This document shows, in pieces, positions 1-13,233 of a stretch of DNA of 64,000 bases. Each line of letters opens with the position of its first letter. The first letter of the stretch is position 1. The notes beneath the pieces were generated by a model. That model was not told where the DNA came from. It did not search any database and worked only from the letters and a program-made list of their open reading frames with translations. The DNA comes from the human T2T-CHM13v2.0 reference genome, Homo sapiens. The stretch lies in assembly GCF_009914755.1 (NCBI RefSeq), contig NC_060936.1; one strand, 5' to 3'. A program made the translations under genes and the position numbers.

Positions 1-47
1 GCACTTCAGCCTGGCAACAGAGCGAGACTCCGTCTCAAAAGAAAAGA
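1..47 (+). mobile_element. Alu 3' end (cut by window edge)
   Basis: gcacttcagcctggcaacagagcgagactccgtctc followed by an A tail. Confidence 0.9.
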
Positions 48-48
48 A

Positions 49-230
49 TATGTATTACCTCATTTAATTCTTACAACAACTCTGTGAAATAAAATATTAT
101 CCTTATTATATAAATGAGAAAATTGAGACAAGAAGAAACTAACTTGGCCAAGCATCAGAACCACAGTTTGATGACCCCAGGCAGACTGATTCCAGAGCCA
201 GCTTCTTCACCAGCATGCAATAGTGTCTCT
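49..230 (-). mobile_element. MIR SINE
   Basis: Reverse MIR core: ctcatttaattcttacaacaactctgtga...aaatgagaaaattgaga. Confidence 0.75.
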
Positions 231-1664
231 ATTACAAATCCACACTGGATGTAGTTTCGATTATTCAGTTTATTCATGTTACTGTGTCTACTCAGCATCT
301 TTCATCTTCCTCTGCTCTTGTGACTTGTTCTCCATTTCCGTGTTTTGAGCATTGGCCAAATTACCACTAGACAACTAAAGGACCCATGTTTAACATAGCT
401 GAATCCCTTCTGCAAATGTGCTGTTTCCTACTTTTCCTAGGGCAGAGAGGTTAAGTATTTTGATTTAAAAGGCCTTCTATTCCAATTGAATTATAGTAAT
501 CGAAGCTCCTATTTATGTTAACCAAGCACTTAAGCAAAGAAGGTGACAATGTCAGCAAGTCTCTTTCAAGAGCTTAATGTGCATAATCTCTAATCAGGAG
601 TTGGCCATGCAGTAGAGCAATCTTCCTTATGATCTACAAGCTGGAAGTGATCCATTCCTCTCTCGAATTCTCCTTAATACTTAATGCTTATTATGACTTT
701 TTAAAGAACTACCTTCTTATAATTATTTGTGTTCATGTGTTACTTCTCTTTTCTCATTGTAAATTCCTTAATTTCAAAACTACATTTTTACATCTGTCTC
801 CCTCAGAGCAACTTCCTTGGTTCCTTGCATAAAGCAAGTGCTCAAAATATATTTTTGAAAGAATAACTGGACAAATATAAATGACTATAATATTAAACAA
901 CTGATCCTGTTGTAATAATACACTGAATTCTAAAGATAGATTATTCAGTGTAATCAAAGTGACATAAAGGAATTTCACCTAAAGAATAAGTTCCTATGTA
1001 TTACCAAAACTGTAACTTAGACTTTAGGTTGAAAAGCAGAAAAGAAAAAATTTAGCTTTACAGCAAGGTTCTGATATACGTTTATCTAACCCAAAGACAG
1101 TTTATAAAGATAAAGCCTCTACTTAAAAGGATAAACAAAAACTACAATTTTTCAAAAATAAAGGAAGTCACACTGTTCAATTGGTGTAGGTATTCCAACA
1201 GCACAGTTGCAGGAGGACTCAGCTTTGCTGTACATGAGTCCTTCACATTTGCCTACATGGTGAGACAGCCTACTGGAAAAGAAAGTAGTTTCTAAATGAG
1301 AAAGCAAAATGCCTAAATGTTAGGCTTCTACACTCTCAATTTTAGAATTAATATGTCTGGGCTACATTGTGTTACACTGAGAAAAATCACTGCTGTTACC
1401 TTTGAGGAAACTGAATTCTAGTTGCAGCTCCACTACATAGTAATGGGAGAGCCACCTTTCATTGAGAACTTATAAAGAACACTGTTATACTATCTTACCT
1501 CATTTAATTTGGATAGTAACTCTGTGACTTTGTTGAGAAAACAGAAGGTCAAAGATGTTAATTAACTCATTTAATAGGTAGCAGATCTAGCACTGAAATC
1601 CAGTTATTTCTGTCTCCAAACTTTGTACTCTGCATTCACTCTCTGAGATAGCAATGGCTAACAG

Positions 1665-2680
1665 CATACCCAATATCCAATGTCTCCTTCTTGATTTTGT
1701 GTGTGATGGGAACATAAAATCATTCACCTTCCTAGACTCCTGTGGTAGGCAACTTCTAGGATGGCTCTTAATGTTCCCCACCTCCTGATATTCATGTCCT
1801 TATATATTCCCCTCCAGTTGAGCATTAGCTGGACCTAGTGACACCTATAACAAATAGAACAGGGCAAAAGTGTTGTAACTTTGCTTCCAAGCTTAGGCTG
1901 AAATAAACTGGCTTCCATTTATTCTGCTCTCTCTCATTCTGTTGCTCAGTGGGAGGGAAATCATCTACCATGTTATGATCTGCCCTGTGGAAGAGGCCCT
2001 CATGGTAAGAAATGGGGAACTTTACCCAACAGCAAGTGAGAAACTGCAGCTTTCAGTCCAACAACGCTTTAGAAATTGAATTCTTCCAACAACAGCATGA
2101 GTGAGCTTAGAAGTGGGTTCGCCCCCAGTCAAGTCTTCAAATGAAACTACAGCCCCAACTGATGCCCCGATTGTAGTCTTGTGAGAGACCTTGAGACACA
2201 GGCACCCAGCTAAGCTGTTACTGGATTTCTGACCTGCAGGAACTTTTAAATAATAAATATTGGTGGTTTTCAGCTGCTAAGGAAGGATAATAGGTTATGC
2301 AACAATTCCTAACACAACTTCCTTTGAAGTTTGTAGGGGCCATATGACTTATAAGATGTAAGCAGAAGTTTAATGAATATGGCTACTAGAAAAGCTACAG
2401 TTTTCTTGATAAAAAGGAACAAAATCAGCTTTCATTAGCTTCTGGCACTTTTCCCTCCACCTTTTTCCTTCCTGAAATGTAGATGTCATGCCTGAAGTTA
2501 CAGCCATCATCTTATATCCATGAGCACAAAACCTATATGAACTTGGGTCCCTTATGGCATTACGGCAGTGCCACCGCAACACTGGACTGCCTTTCTCTTG
2601 ACATTTTGTTACAAAAGAAAAAGAAACATTCTTTGAGTCCTGTTATTTATAGCCAAGTGGAATTCTAACTAATTTACTCC
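1665..2680 (+). mobile_element. Old MaLR LTR (MLT1J-like), split by a younger MLT1F-like LTR
   Basis: MLT1-like sequence at ~1665-1740 resumes at ~2320 (ggggccatatgac...gccatcatctt...ctggactgcc). Confidence 0.55.
1741..2316 (+). mobile_element. MaLR solo LTR, MLT1F-like
   Basis: TG...CA ends (tgtggtaggc...aacaca), internal AATAAA, 5-bp TSD actcc/acttc. Confidence 0.8.
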
Positions 2681-3897
2681 TTTTCCAGCTTTGGCTGGAG
2701 CAGTTTTCTCTATAAATTAATAAATTAATAACAAAAACTATAATTTTCCTACTCAGCTGTGTTGAAGTGCTCTGTTCTTATAAAATGCCATGTAAATATA
2801 AGGTATTGTTATTATTATTTTAAGAAATCAAAATATTATTAACATTTAATGACAAGACCAGTTGTAATCTTACTGACAATGAATGGACATGTTTAAGTAA
2901 TTTTAACTCTTAGCAATATTTTTTTAAAAAACCCAATTTACTAGTAAGTTTTCTTCACTAAAATAAAGTACTTTAGGTAATTATTTTAATAACTGCATCT
3001 TGATAAAGCTTTTTTATTTACTGTAACTTAATAATAAAACCAACATAAAGTTTTAAATATTTTCCCTGTGTTTTATACATATTTGATAGAGTTGTATCTA
3101 TGTTTTCGAAATAATTCAGAAAACACCTGAAATTAAAGCCCAATAAGTTAAATTTTATGCATACACTTCATCAGCCAGTATCATCTGTGTAACCTACAGG
3201 GTACTGTGCATGAAGTGATTAAATAGTATTGCCCTTGGCTGCTGAGACTGAGGGTATACTTAATAGTGTTGCCCAGGAATTATCCTGGTGTCTGTTTTTG
3301 CACAATGGCATATCTATTTTCAAATCTGACTCCAGGCAGGAAGCACCTCTTCCCACCAAGGGAGATTTAAAACCCGACTCCTATCTTTGCAGCACACAGA
3401 AGATGTTGATCATAGCAAAGAAAACAAAGATGGGGATGTTCAGGTTAGAGATACAGCATTTCGTGACCACAGCCAGCAATTTGCAGAACAAACCCGGGAG
3501 AAGCAAAGCCACACTTAGAAATCCACAGACAAATTAAGCCTCTAGTCTATACTTAAAGACTGTATTTCAAGAGCATAAGCAAAGAGGAATACATAGTTAT
3601 AATGAGCCTACAGCAAAACCTAGACATCCCAGCAACTGCAAAAGCACAGAGAAAATCCAGTCTGGACCAGAATTACTTCCCTGACCCCACTGATTAAAGA
3701 CTCTCATCAGAGCATCTGACGAAGATAAATCTGGAACTAGTCTCAAAAGCCATGCTGTACAGCCTGTCCAATTTATCATATGTAAGAACATGTAGAAAGC
3801 TACAAGGTAATCATAATCAGTTGTGGGTTGATTGCTCTCAACAAATCTTTAGATTGTCTTCATAAAACATCAGAGGCATAACGATGCTGAAGTATCT

Positions 3898-4050
3898 TAC
3901 ATTTATTGAGTGCTTACTGTGTGCCAGGTATTCTTCTAAGAGCTTTACATGTACTAACTCATTTAATCCTCACAACAACTCTATGAGGTAATTATATTAT
4001 GATTATCCCCATTTTATAGATGAAAAAACTAAGTAACTTGCCCAGGAACT
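3898..4050 (-). mobile_element. MIR SINE
   Basis: catttattgagtgcttactgtgtgccagg...ccccattttatagatgaaaaaact. Confidence 0.85.
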
Positions 4051-4256
4051 AGAAGGTGAGAGAGCTGTGTAGATAGTCTCACTCTCGACCATACTAAAAA
4101 CCCAATCAGATTGTATTATCTGTTGACTAGATCCCATGAACTTTGTTTGGCTATTAGAGTCAAGATATTCTTCTCTAGTGTGCTCAGTCAAAGTAAACAG
4201 CCCCTCTTATAGAGATGTTATTAATAAGGCTTATTTATGTCTGGATATGCTAGCCA

Positions 4257-4782
4257 TGCATTCTGGTTACCTACTGCTGTGAAATAAACCATCCTAAACT
4301 TGGTTTTAAACTACAGCAACCATTTTATTTTACTCATGAATCTGCAATCCAGGCAGGGCTCCTCTCTTATCCACATATTGTCAGCTGGGGTGGCTAAAAG
4401 ACAGTGGGGAAAGGTGGTTCTATGCCTTAGAATCATCTGAAAGCTTACTCACTCTTTGAGTTGATGCTTGCTGCTAGGTAGGACCTTGGTTTGGGACATC
4501 AGCCAGTATACGTACAAATTTTCTCACAGCATGCTGGCTGGCTTCCAAGCAGCATGCCTAAAGAATAAGGTAGAAGAAGTACATGGCATTTTTATGACTT
4601 AGCTTTAGAAGCCACATAGTATCACTTCCAACTACTGGCCAAGGCAGTCACAAAGGCAGCCCAAGTTCAAAGAGGAAAGGCATAGGCCCAACCAATCGAT
4701 AGTAAGAATGTCAATTTATATTGTAAGATGAGCTTGCAGTATGCGATATATTGTGGCAGCTACCATTGGAAAATATGTCACA
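4257..4782 (-). mobile_element. MaLR solo LTR (MLT1F/G/H-like)
   Basis: Reverse MLT1 3' end (ttacctactgctgtgaaataaaccatcctaaactt...) and gcagtcacaaaggcagcccaagttcaaag. Confidence 0.7.
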
Positions 4783-5596
4783 AGAAGGCAATTAAAGCTG
4801 TTCAAAATCTAAACATAAAGAACCTACACAATAAATAAATAAATTAAATAAGTGATATCAGCAATGTCCTACTATAATTAAACACCTCAGGAATTATTTT
4901 TAAAATAAAATTTTTACTGTTTAAATTTCCTTCTATCATAGAGCTCTAAGACATTTTGATTTACAACTTAATTGTATCTGATCCAATTTCAACTTCCTGG
5001 GTACCAAATTTGAAGCTAAATCACCCTTCTATTGGGAACAGTTAGAGAAATAAGGACTGATCATTAAAGATTAAATTTTTCTCTCATCATGTTAAAGTGG
5101 AAAAATGAGCACTGCCACTCAGGTTTTCAAAGATAAAATGATGTTTTCAGTAACACCTACTACCTCTGAGACATCTCATCCTGCCCTAAAACAGCACTGT
5201 AAATCAAAATCTTGGTTTGTTTTATCAAGATGGCATGTCGTTTGTAGATCCTTCACTGAGGACACTGAAAAACAACTCCATCACTGTAATTCATGTGCCT
5301 CTGGTCAACAGGCAGTAACAGTTATTGATTTCATTCTGATTAAAAGTACTTAGTAGTTTTGTGTCTAAAATTCAGGGTCATCTTTTTTAAAATGTGCTGC
5401 TTACTTTTTCTCATCCTGATTTTCGCCCTTGAGATATGCTGTTCTCCAGCCTAGAATGCCCTGCCCCTAATGGACCTAAATCTAATACATTACTTAACTC
5501 AACCACAAATCTTGATTCCTATGCTCCTTCTGAATGCACATCACAATCCAAGCAAGTGATACACTTGTGTGGCAAAATTCTTATCTAAAAATCATT

Positions 5597-6318
5597 CAGG
5601 AAACGACAGGTGCTGGAGAGGATGTGGAGAAATAGGAACACTTTTACACTGTTGGTGGGACTGTAAACTAGTTCAACCATTATGGAAGTCAGTGTGGCGA
5701 TTCCTCAGGGATCTAGAACTAGAAATACCATTTGACCCAGCCATCCCATTACTGGGTATATACCTAAAGGACTATAAATCATGCTGCTATAAAGACACAT
5801 GCACACGTATGTTTATTGAGGCACTATTCACAATAGCAAAGACTTGGAACCAACCCAAATGTCCAACAATGATAGACTGGATTAAGAAAATGTGGCACAT
5901 ATACACCATGGAATACTATGCAGCCATAAAAAATGATGAGTTCATGTCCTTTGTAGGGACATGGATGAAATTGGAAATCATCATTCTCAGTAAACTATTG
6001 CAAGGACAAAAAACCAAACACCGCATGTTCTCACTCATAGGTGGGAATTGAACAGTGAGAACACACGGACACAGGAAGGGGAACATCACACTCTGGGGAC
6101 TATTGTGGGGTGGGGGGAGGGGGGAGGGATAGCATTAGGAGATATACCTAATGCTAAATGACGAGTTAATGGGTACAGCACACCAGCATGGCACATGTAT
6201 ACATATGTAACTAACCTGCACATTGTGCACATGTACCCTAAAACTTAAAGTATAATAATAATAAAATAAAATTTTTAAAAAATTTTAAAAAAATAAAATA
6301 AAAAATAAAAATAAAAAT
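5597..6318 (+). mobile_element. 5'-truncated young LINE-1, L1PA3-like (ORF2 C-terminus, 3'UTR, polyA)
   Basis: ORF 5569-6051 encodes the L1 ORF2 C-terminus (RCWRGCGEIGTLLHCWWDCKLVQPLWKSVW...SLIGGN); G-rich 3'UTR; TSD aaaaatcatt at 5587-5596 and 6319-6328. Confidence 0.95.
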
Positions 6319-6627
6319 AAAAATCATTTGGAGACATTTGGAATTCCTACTAGAAATTCTAAGAAGCTCAGAGACATCATATAAATCTAAAGAGACAGTA
6401 TATAAGAACTTTACCTGTTTAGGGTCCGTTGGACAAATACAGGATTCAGCAAGAGTATGTGTGCCTTCTGGCTTACAATAAAGCCTAATCAGGGGTCAGA
6501 AGAAGGTGAAATACATGGGAATAGAGCTGAACTCCTGGAGCTTTCTAGGAAAGGGTGAGGAATAAGAACCTAGAGAGAGGATATCAAGGGAGCAGTTTGG
6601 GAGGGTGAAACATAATTCATTGTCTCC

Positions 6628-6752
6628 TGCTACCAGAATGTAAGTTCTATGAAGACAAGGGTTATTGTTGGTTTGCTCACTGTGATACCCCAAACACCAA
6701 GAACAGTGCCTGACTGGTAGTGAATACTCAACCAGTACTTGTTGAAAGAACC
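6628..6752 (+). mobile_element. L2 3' end
   Basis: agaatgtaagttctatgaagacaagg...agaacagtgcctgac...ttgttgaa. Confidence 0.75.
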
Positions 6753-7399
6753 AATGATACTGATAGATGGCAATAATTTTGAGATAAAGTACAATGAGAG
6801 ATGGGAATCCAGGCTTTTACTTTTCTGACAGCAGAGGTCCTTTAGACCTTGCCTTCTTATCAACCTACTCATTCTCTCTCCTTCCACACAAGTCTCAGCC
6901 AGAGTAGAATGCTAAGCTTCTCTGCTGTCTGGAGAGCAAGAGTGCAGAGTAGTGTCTCCCCTTACAAATGTAAAGGAACAGAGATATGTCTGCCAGAGAG
7001 AAAATCTACCCATATCAACACCACAGGTCATCTTTGGAGTCCAACTGCAAGTATTCCACCCCAATCAATCTTTTCCAAAGGAGCATTACTTGAGCCTGGT
7101 TTTTTCAACAGCTTGCTAAGCTGACCTTTCATTAAGAGAGTCATAAGGCCACAGTGTGTCACCAAAGAGTAGTACTCACTCATTTCCGATTCTCCCTGAG
7201 CCCAGTGAAAATTAGCAAGTTAGAAAACATCCCTTCTCAGCCCCTCTTTTCTCTGTCACTCTTATCAACCAATGCTTTCAGGAATGCCCGGTCAACAGCA
7301 CTACAAGAACACGTGCAAAAGCCTGGGAAAGCCACGGAATGAACGCTTCCCCTTCCTTTGTGCCCTCAGTAAATGTAGCCTGATTTCCAGGTCTGCCTC

Positions 7400-7550
7400 A
7401 GTCAATAGGTAGTTACCTAAGGTCAAGTCATTTAGCCCCCAAGGTCTCTGTTTCCTCATTTATAAAACCAGAGGTCAGGATAAAAGAAACAAGTGACAAA
7501 AGAAACAATAAATAAACTTAAGAGTTTCTTCTAGTAGCAAATTCTTCAAA
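7400..7550 (+). mobile_element. MIR/MIR3 fragment
   Basis: caagtcatttagcccc...ctgtttcctcatttataaaa... Confidence 0.55.
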
Positions 7551-7678
7551 TCAATAAGTAATTAAGAAAGGACTCCAAACAATAATCTTTCTTGATAGTG
7601 TGAAATAATAGTGCTAGTTAATTCTTTCTTTTAATCTAATAGTGCCACTTATTCCTTGATCAATAGATATGCAAATAT

Positions 7679-8240
<562 letters not shown>

Positions 8241-9606
8241 TAAATGCTTATTGATAAACTCTCAATAAAGAATGATTTGATGGCTTTATAATGGAAGATG
8301 TTTAGTTTTGAGATCGGCTAACATGCAAAACTCTTTGAACCAGAACAATGGATAGGCAAGCTAAATGCTGATCATAACTTACATCTACAAATATTTCCAG
8401 AAACATAATTTCTTCTTAATTACCACCTGCTGAGCATTTTACTATAGAACAGTGCAAAATTCCACCTTCTCAACAGTCCCCTAAGAAAGATATTATTAGT
8501 CTCATAGGACACCTTATAAAAGAGACAGGAGACTGTGGAAGACTATACTGTGAATCACACAATCCTGGCTCTAAAGCTGTCATTCCCAAGGGTCACAGGA
8601 AATTTCCAACCAAAGTTCTAACATTTCCAGATTTCTGTGTTAATCTGATACTCTTGTGTGTAAACTTGCTGCAGCTTCACAATTAAAATCCAAGCTTATT
8701 CACTGGACACCTTCTTCTTTGTTGCTACTCTGGGTAGCCAATTGCAGCACAGCATGGGAAGTTTTTACTGAATGAATGTGGTGAGGTTTCTTGCCTTGTT
8801 GAAAAGCGTCAAATTTGGGAGTTATCACAGTGAAGATCACTGTGTCCTTGGGAAGAGGCCATGGCTGTACAATTCTTCCCTAAGCAATTACGGGGGCGTC
8901 TCGTCTGTGCCTTCAGGGTTTGGAGTAAGACCCATCTGTTTGTGCCCATATACAAGTGGCCTGATGGCAAAATTATCTTCAGTTCCTCAGATGAATCCAT
9001 CCGAATAGGTTATTAATCATCATTAAACAGAAAATCTTTATTTCACTCATAGAGACTTTTTTAAAACCAAATATGGTCAGATTAATATATAATGTTTCTA
9101 AAGTTAAGCTTCAAATTGGCTTCGGAACAACAATAAACACTGTCACTACACAAGGAAGAAAAATAATGGAAGATATTAACTTGTTTATAGGAAATGGAAT
9201 CCCTGGCTCCAACATGATCTGGCTGACGGCACCAAAACCTTTAATGGAATTTGAGTTACAACTGCAGAAATAAATACAATCAGCTCTATTGACTGCTGCA
9301 AAGTGAGAGGCAGGGAAGAAAAGTGTAAATGATTTAAAAGGAATTATAAATTCCAAGGAAAAATGATAATATTACAAATAGACAATTCAGTGTTGCTTGT
9401 TAAGATTTCACAGAATTAAAATAAATGAAAGTGTTAATGCTAGTTCTAAGATTCCTAGAAGGCGGATATTCCTGACTAGCAACATATTAGATATAATTCA
9501 TTAAAAGGGATGGTACATAAGAAGGATGAAGAAAATACTGTCTCAAATTCCAAAAAGTTAGAGATCTAGGGAGGTGGGATTTGTTCTGATGATCAGGCAA
9601 AGGTTG

Positions 9607-9790
9607 TTACTAGGCACTCACTACACGCATAGCTTTCTGCTACTTCTCTGATGTTCTAGAACTTACATTTTTAAATGGTATCTGCTTGAGTTTGGTTCTA
9701 TGTTTTAGAAATTTTGGTTCTTGTTTCAAATTCTGATAAATAGTATGGTTTGTTCATTTATCCAGTTATTCAAGAGACATTTAATTAAGT
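9607..9790 (+). repeat. Copy B of the diverged ~185-bp direct repeat
   Basis: ttactaggcactcac...ttcttgtttcaaattctgata...ttaattaagt. Confidence 0.85.
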
Positions 9791-10142
9791 AGTAATGTAT
9801 TTAATGTATTTAACACTGACTAGGTTCCAGCTCTGGCTCAGATTTGAAAAATACATAGGTAATTAATATAAAGCTACTAACATTAAGGCACTCATCTACC
9901 AATGGAAAAGAGAGAAAAGAGGGAAGAAGGAAGCAAACAAGTGTTGAGTATTCTGTGTACCAAGCACATTACTAGTCGCTTTCTAGCCGTGAGGCTCATG
10001 TAATACTCACAACAACCTGAGGAAGGCAATTTATTCCCCGTTTTACATACACATATCTGTTCTTCTCACTAAGCAATCAAATGTATCTAACTGTAACATA
10101 CAACAGTCTAGGAGGGAGGTCTGCTTAAAGGACAAACTACTT

Positions 10143-10429
10143 GGCAGGGCGCGGTGGCTCAGGCCTGTAATCCCAGCACTTTAGGAGGCTGAGGTGAGTG
10201 GATGACCTGAAGTCAAGAATTCGAGACCATTCTGACCAACATGGAGGAACCCTGTCTCTACTAAAAATACAAAATTAGCCGGGCGTGTTGGCACATGCCT
10301 GTAATCCCAGCTACTTGGGAGGCTTGAACCCGGGAGGCAGAGGTCGCGGTGAGCCGAGATAGCGCCATTACGCTCCAGCCTGGGCAACAAGAGCTAAACT
10401 CCGTCGCAAAAAAAAAAAAAAGAAAGAAA
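10143..10429 (+). mobile_element. AluSp-like, with a small right-arm deletion
   Basis: tgaccaacatggagg and gcaacaagagc diagnostics; the gaggcaggagaatc segment is missing. Confidence 0.9.
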
Positions 10430-10443
10430 AAAGGACAAACTAT

Positions 10444-10722
<279 letters not shown>

Positions 10723-12259
10723 TTAATGAATTATCAGCTTTTAACTCAAGTTATGTAAACTCAACATAATAACCTAAAATAGGAAAAAATCAAATTAGTA
10801 ATGATTAGAGACACGGCTTCATTTGCAAATTCAGGAGAATAAGGCATTGCCACAGCAGGCAGGAGAGGAAAGAAATATTTCTTCCCTATAGCTGAGTAAG
10901 GAAAAATCAAGTAGTTATACATAAATATGACAATGGTCAAAGTAAAATACAGAATAATCAAAATACTTTATTCATTTCTGCAAACATCCATCATTTCTGA
11001 GTAAAAGAATACAAGAAAACATAGAGAAAACTTGGGCACAGCCAATTTTTCAATAATGTGCAACATATTCACATATTACATTATGAAAGCCAAATGATTT
11101 ATTAATAACAGTGTTGAAATAGAGACAGCTGGATATTTAATGGTGATATAAAAGCAGTGTAAAAAAATTTAGTCCACCCAAAAATATAATTAGCAATAAG
11201 TATATTTTAATCAATAGTAAACTATATCAGTGAAAACCCTGGCATTTGTCAAACTGAACAATTTTTTTATCCTCTAGAGTGTATTCAGCCAGACGCCATC
11301 TCAACTTGGATTCCAAATTTACAACACTAATGGCTTCAATTTTAGTAGTTTCATAAAAGAGAAAATGCTTTCACAGAACAGGACACATTGAAACACCACT
11401 CAAAATATGACTTAAATAGACAGGCATTTCATGGTAGTGTTGAGATACTCTTACAATCTTCACATTTCCAAGAATGTTCTGGGTATGTTTCCTTAATAGG
11501 CATAGATTGCACTCTGTTGAATCTCGAATCCCATTCAGAGGAAGGGCTATAGCCTCCAAATGCAGATATCCAGAAACAATTGCAAAAAATTAAAGCATAA
11601 TTTATGAACGTCAAAATTTGTGAATCTCCTCTAAAACTGTGAATTTATCCTCCATGTGCAGCACAATTCTTAGAGAAGCAGTAATTGTATTGATTTTAAG
11701 ATAATTCAGTAACAGAACATGAAGAAGCAGGCTGCATTTGGCAATCATATTTCCCACTGGAAGCTAAATACCTGTACCCTAGAAAAACAATGTGAAGGTT
11801 TAGAAAAAAAAAAATTTTTTTAAATACAATTCCAATATCAGTGTGTTTGGAACCATGTCAATTCAGGAAGAAAGTATAGAGCCAAATAGGTAGGTGGCTT
11901 TTTCAGAGGTATTTAAATATCAACAAGTCCTGATTACAAAGCTTGGTAAATCTATTTAAAAAGATAAGACATGTGCTATCAACTAACTAGACCTAACATA
12001 TATCTATAGAACACTCTGCCCAACAATTACAGAGTTACATTCTTCTCAAGTGCACACAGAGCATTCTCCAGGCTAGACCATATGGTAGGCCATAAAACAA
12101 TCCTAAAAATATATTTTAAAGAATTGAAATTATACAAAGCATATTTTCTGACCACAGTGGAACAAAATTAGAAATCAACAACAGAAAGAAATTTGGGAAA
12201 TTCACAAATATGTGGAAATTTTAAAAACATACTTCCAAATAACCAATGGGTCAAAAAAA

Positions 12260-12555
12260 GGCCAGGTGTGGTAGCTCTTACCTATAATCCCAGCACTTTG
12301 GGAGGCCAAGGCAGGCAGGCTGCTTCAGCTCAGGGGTTTGAGACCACGCTGGGCAACATGGTGAAACCCTGTGTATTCCAAAAATACAAAAAATTAGCAG
12401 GGTGTGGTGGCATGCACCTGTGGTCCCAGCTACTCAGGAGGCTGAGATGGGAGCATCTCTTGAGCCCAGGAGGCGGACATTGCAGTGAGCTGAGAGGGTG
12501 TTACTGCACTCCAGCCTGGAAAACAGAACAAGACCCTGTCTCAAAAAAAAAAAAA
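12260..12555 (+). mobile_element. AluJ-like inside L1MB
   Basis: Full diverged dimer with A tail. Confidence 0.9.
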
Positions 12556-12937
12556 TCACAAAGGAAATTAGGAAATATCTTGAAATTAATGAAAATTAAA
12601 ATATACCAAAAACTATGAGATATAGCAAAATCAGTGCTTAGAGGGAAATTTATAGCTGGAAACACCTATATCAGAAAGGAGAAATATTTCAAATCAATAA
12701 CCTAACCTTCTACTTTAAGACACTGGAAAAAGAAAAGGAAACTAAACCTGCAACAATCAGAAGGAAGAAATTTCTAAAATTAGAACATAAATTAATAAAA
12801 TGAAAATAATTTTAAAAAGAGTAAAAACCAAAAAGCTAAAAGTTTGAGCTTTGAAAAGACCAACAAAATTTACGAACTTTAGGCTACATTGACCAAGAAA
12901 AAAAAAAGACTCAAATTGCTAAAATCAGGACTGAACA

Positions 12938-13233
12938 GACCAAGCACAGTGGCTCATGCCTGTAATCCCAGCACTTTAGGAGGCCGAGGTAGGTGGATCA
13001 CCTGATGTCAGAAGTTTGAGACCAGCCTGGCCAACATGGTGAAACCCCATCTCTACTAAACATACAAAAATTAGCTGGGCATAGTGGTGCACGCCCATAA
13101 TCCCAGCTACTCGGGAGGCTGAGCCAAGAGAATCACTTGAACCCTGGAGGCGGAGGTTGCAGTGAGCCGAGATCATGCCACTGCACACCAGCCTGGACAA
13201 CAGCATGAGGCTGTCTCAAAAAAAAAAAAAAAA
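12938..13233 (+). mobile_element. AluSx-like inside L1MB
   Basis: TSD aaaatcaRgactgaaca at 12921-12937 and 13234-13250. Confidence 0.92.

Noticed and set aside
5569-6051. 160-aa ORF as a host gene
   Set aside because: It is the LINE-1 ORF2 C-terminus in a truncated insertion; the start is a GTG in flanking DNA.
11429-11614. Two overlapping minus-strand ORFs with an ATT|gtaaga donor
   Set aside because: No convincing acceptor and no recognisable protein.
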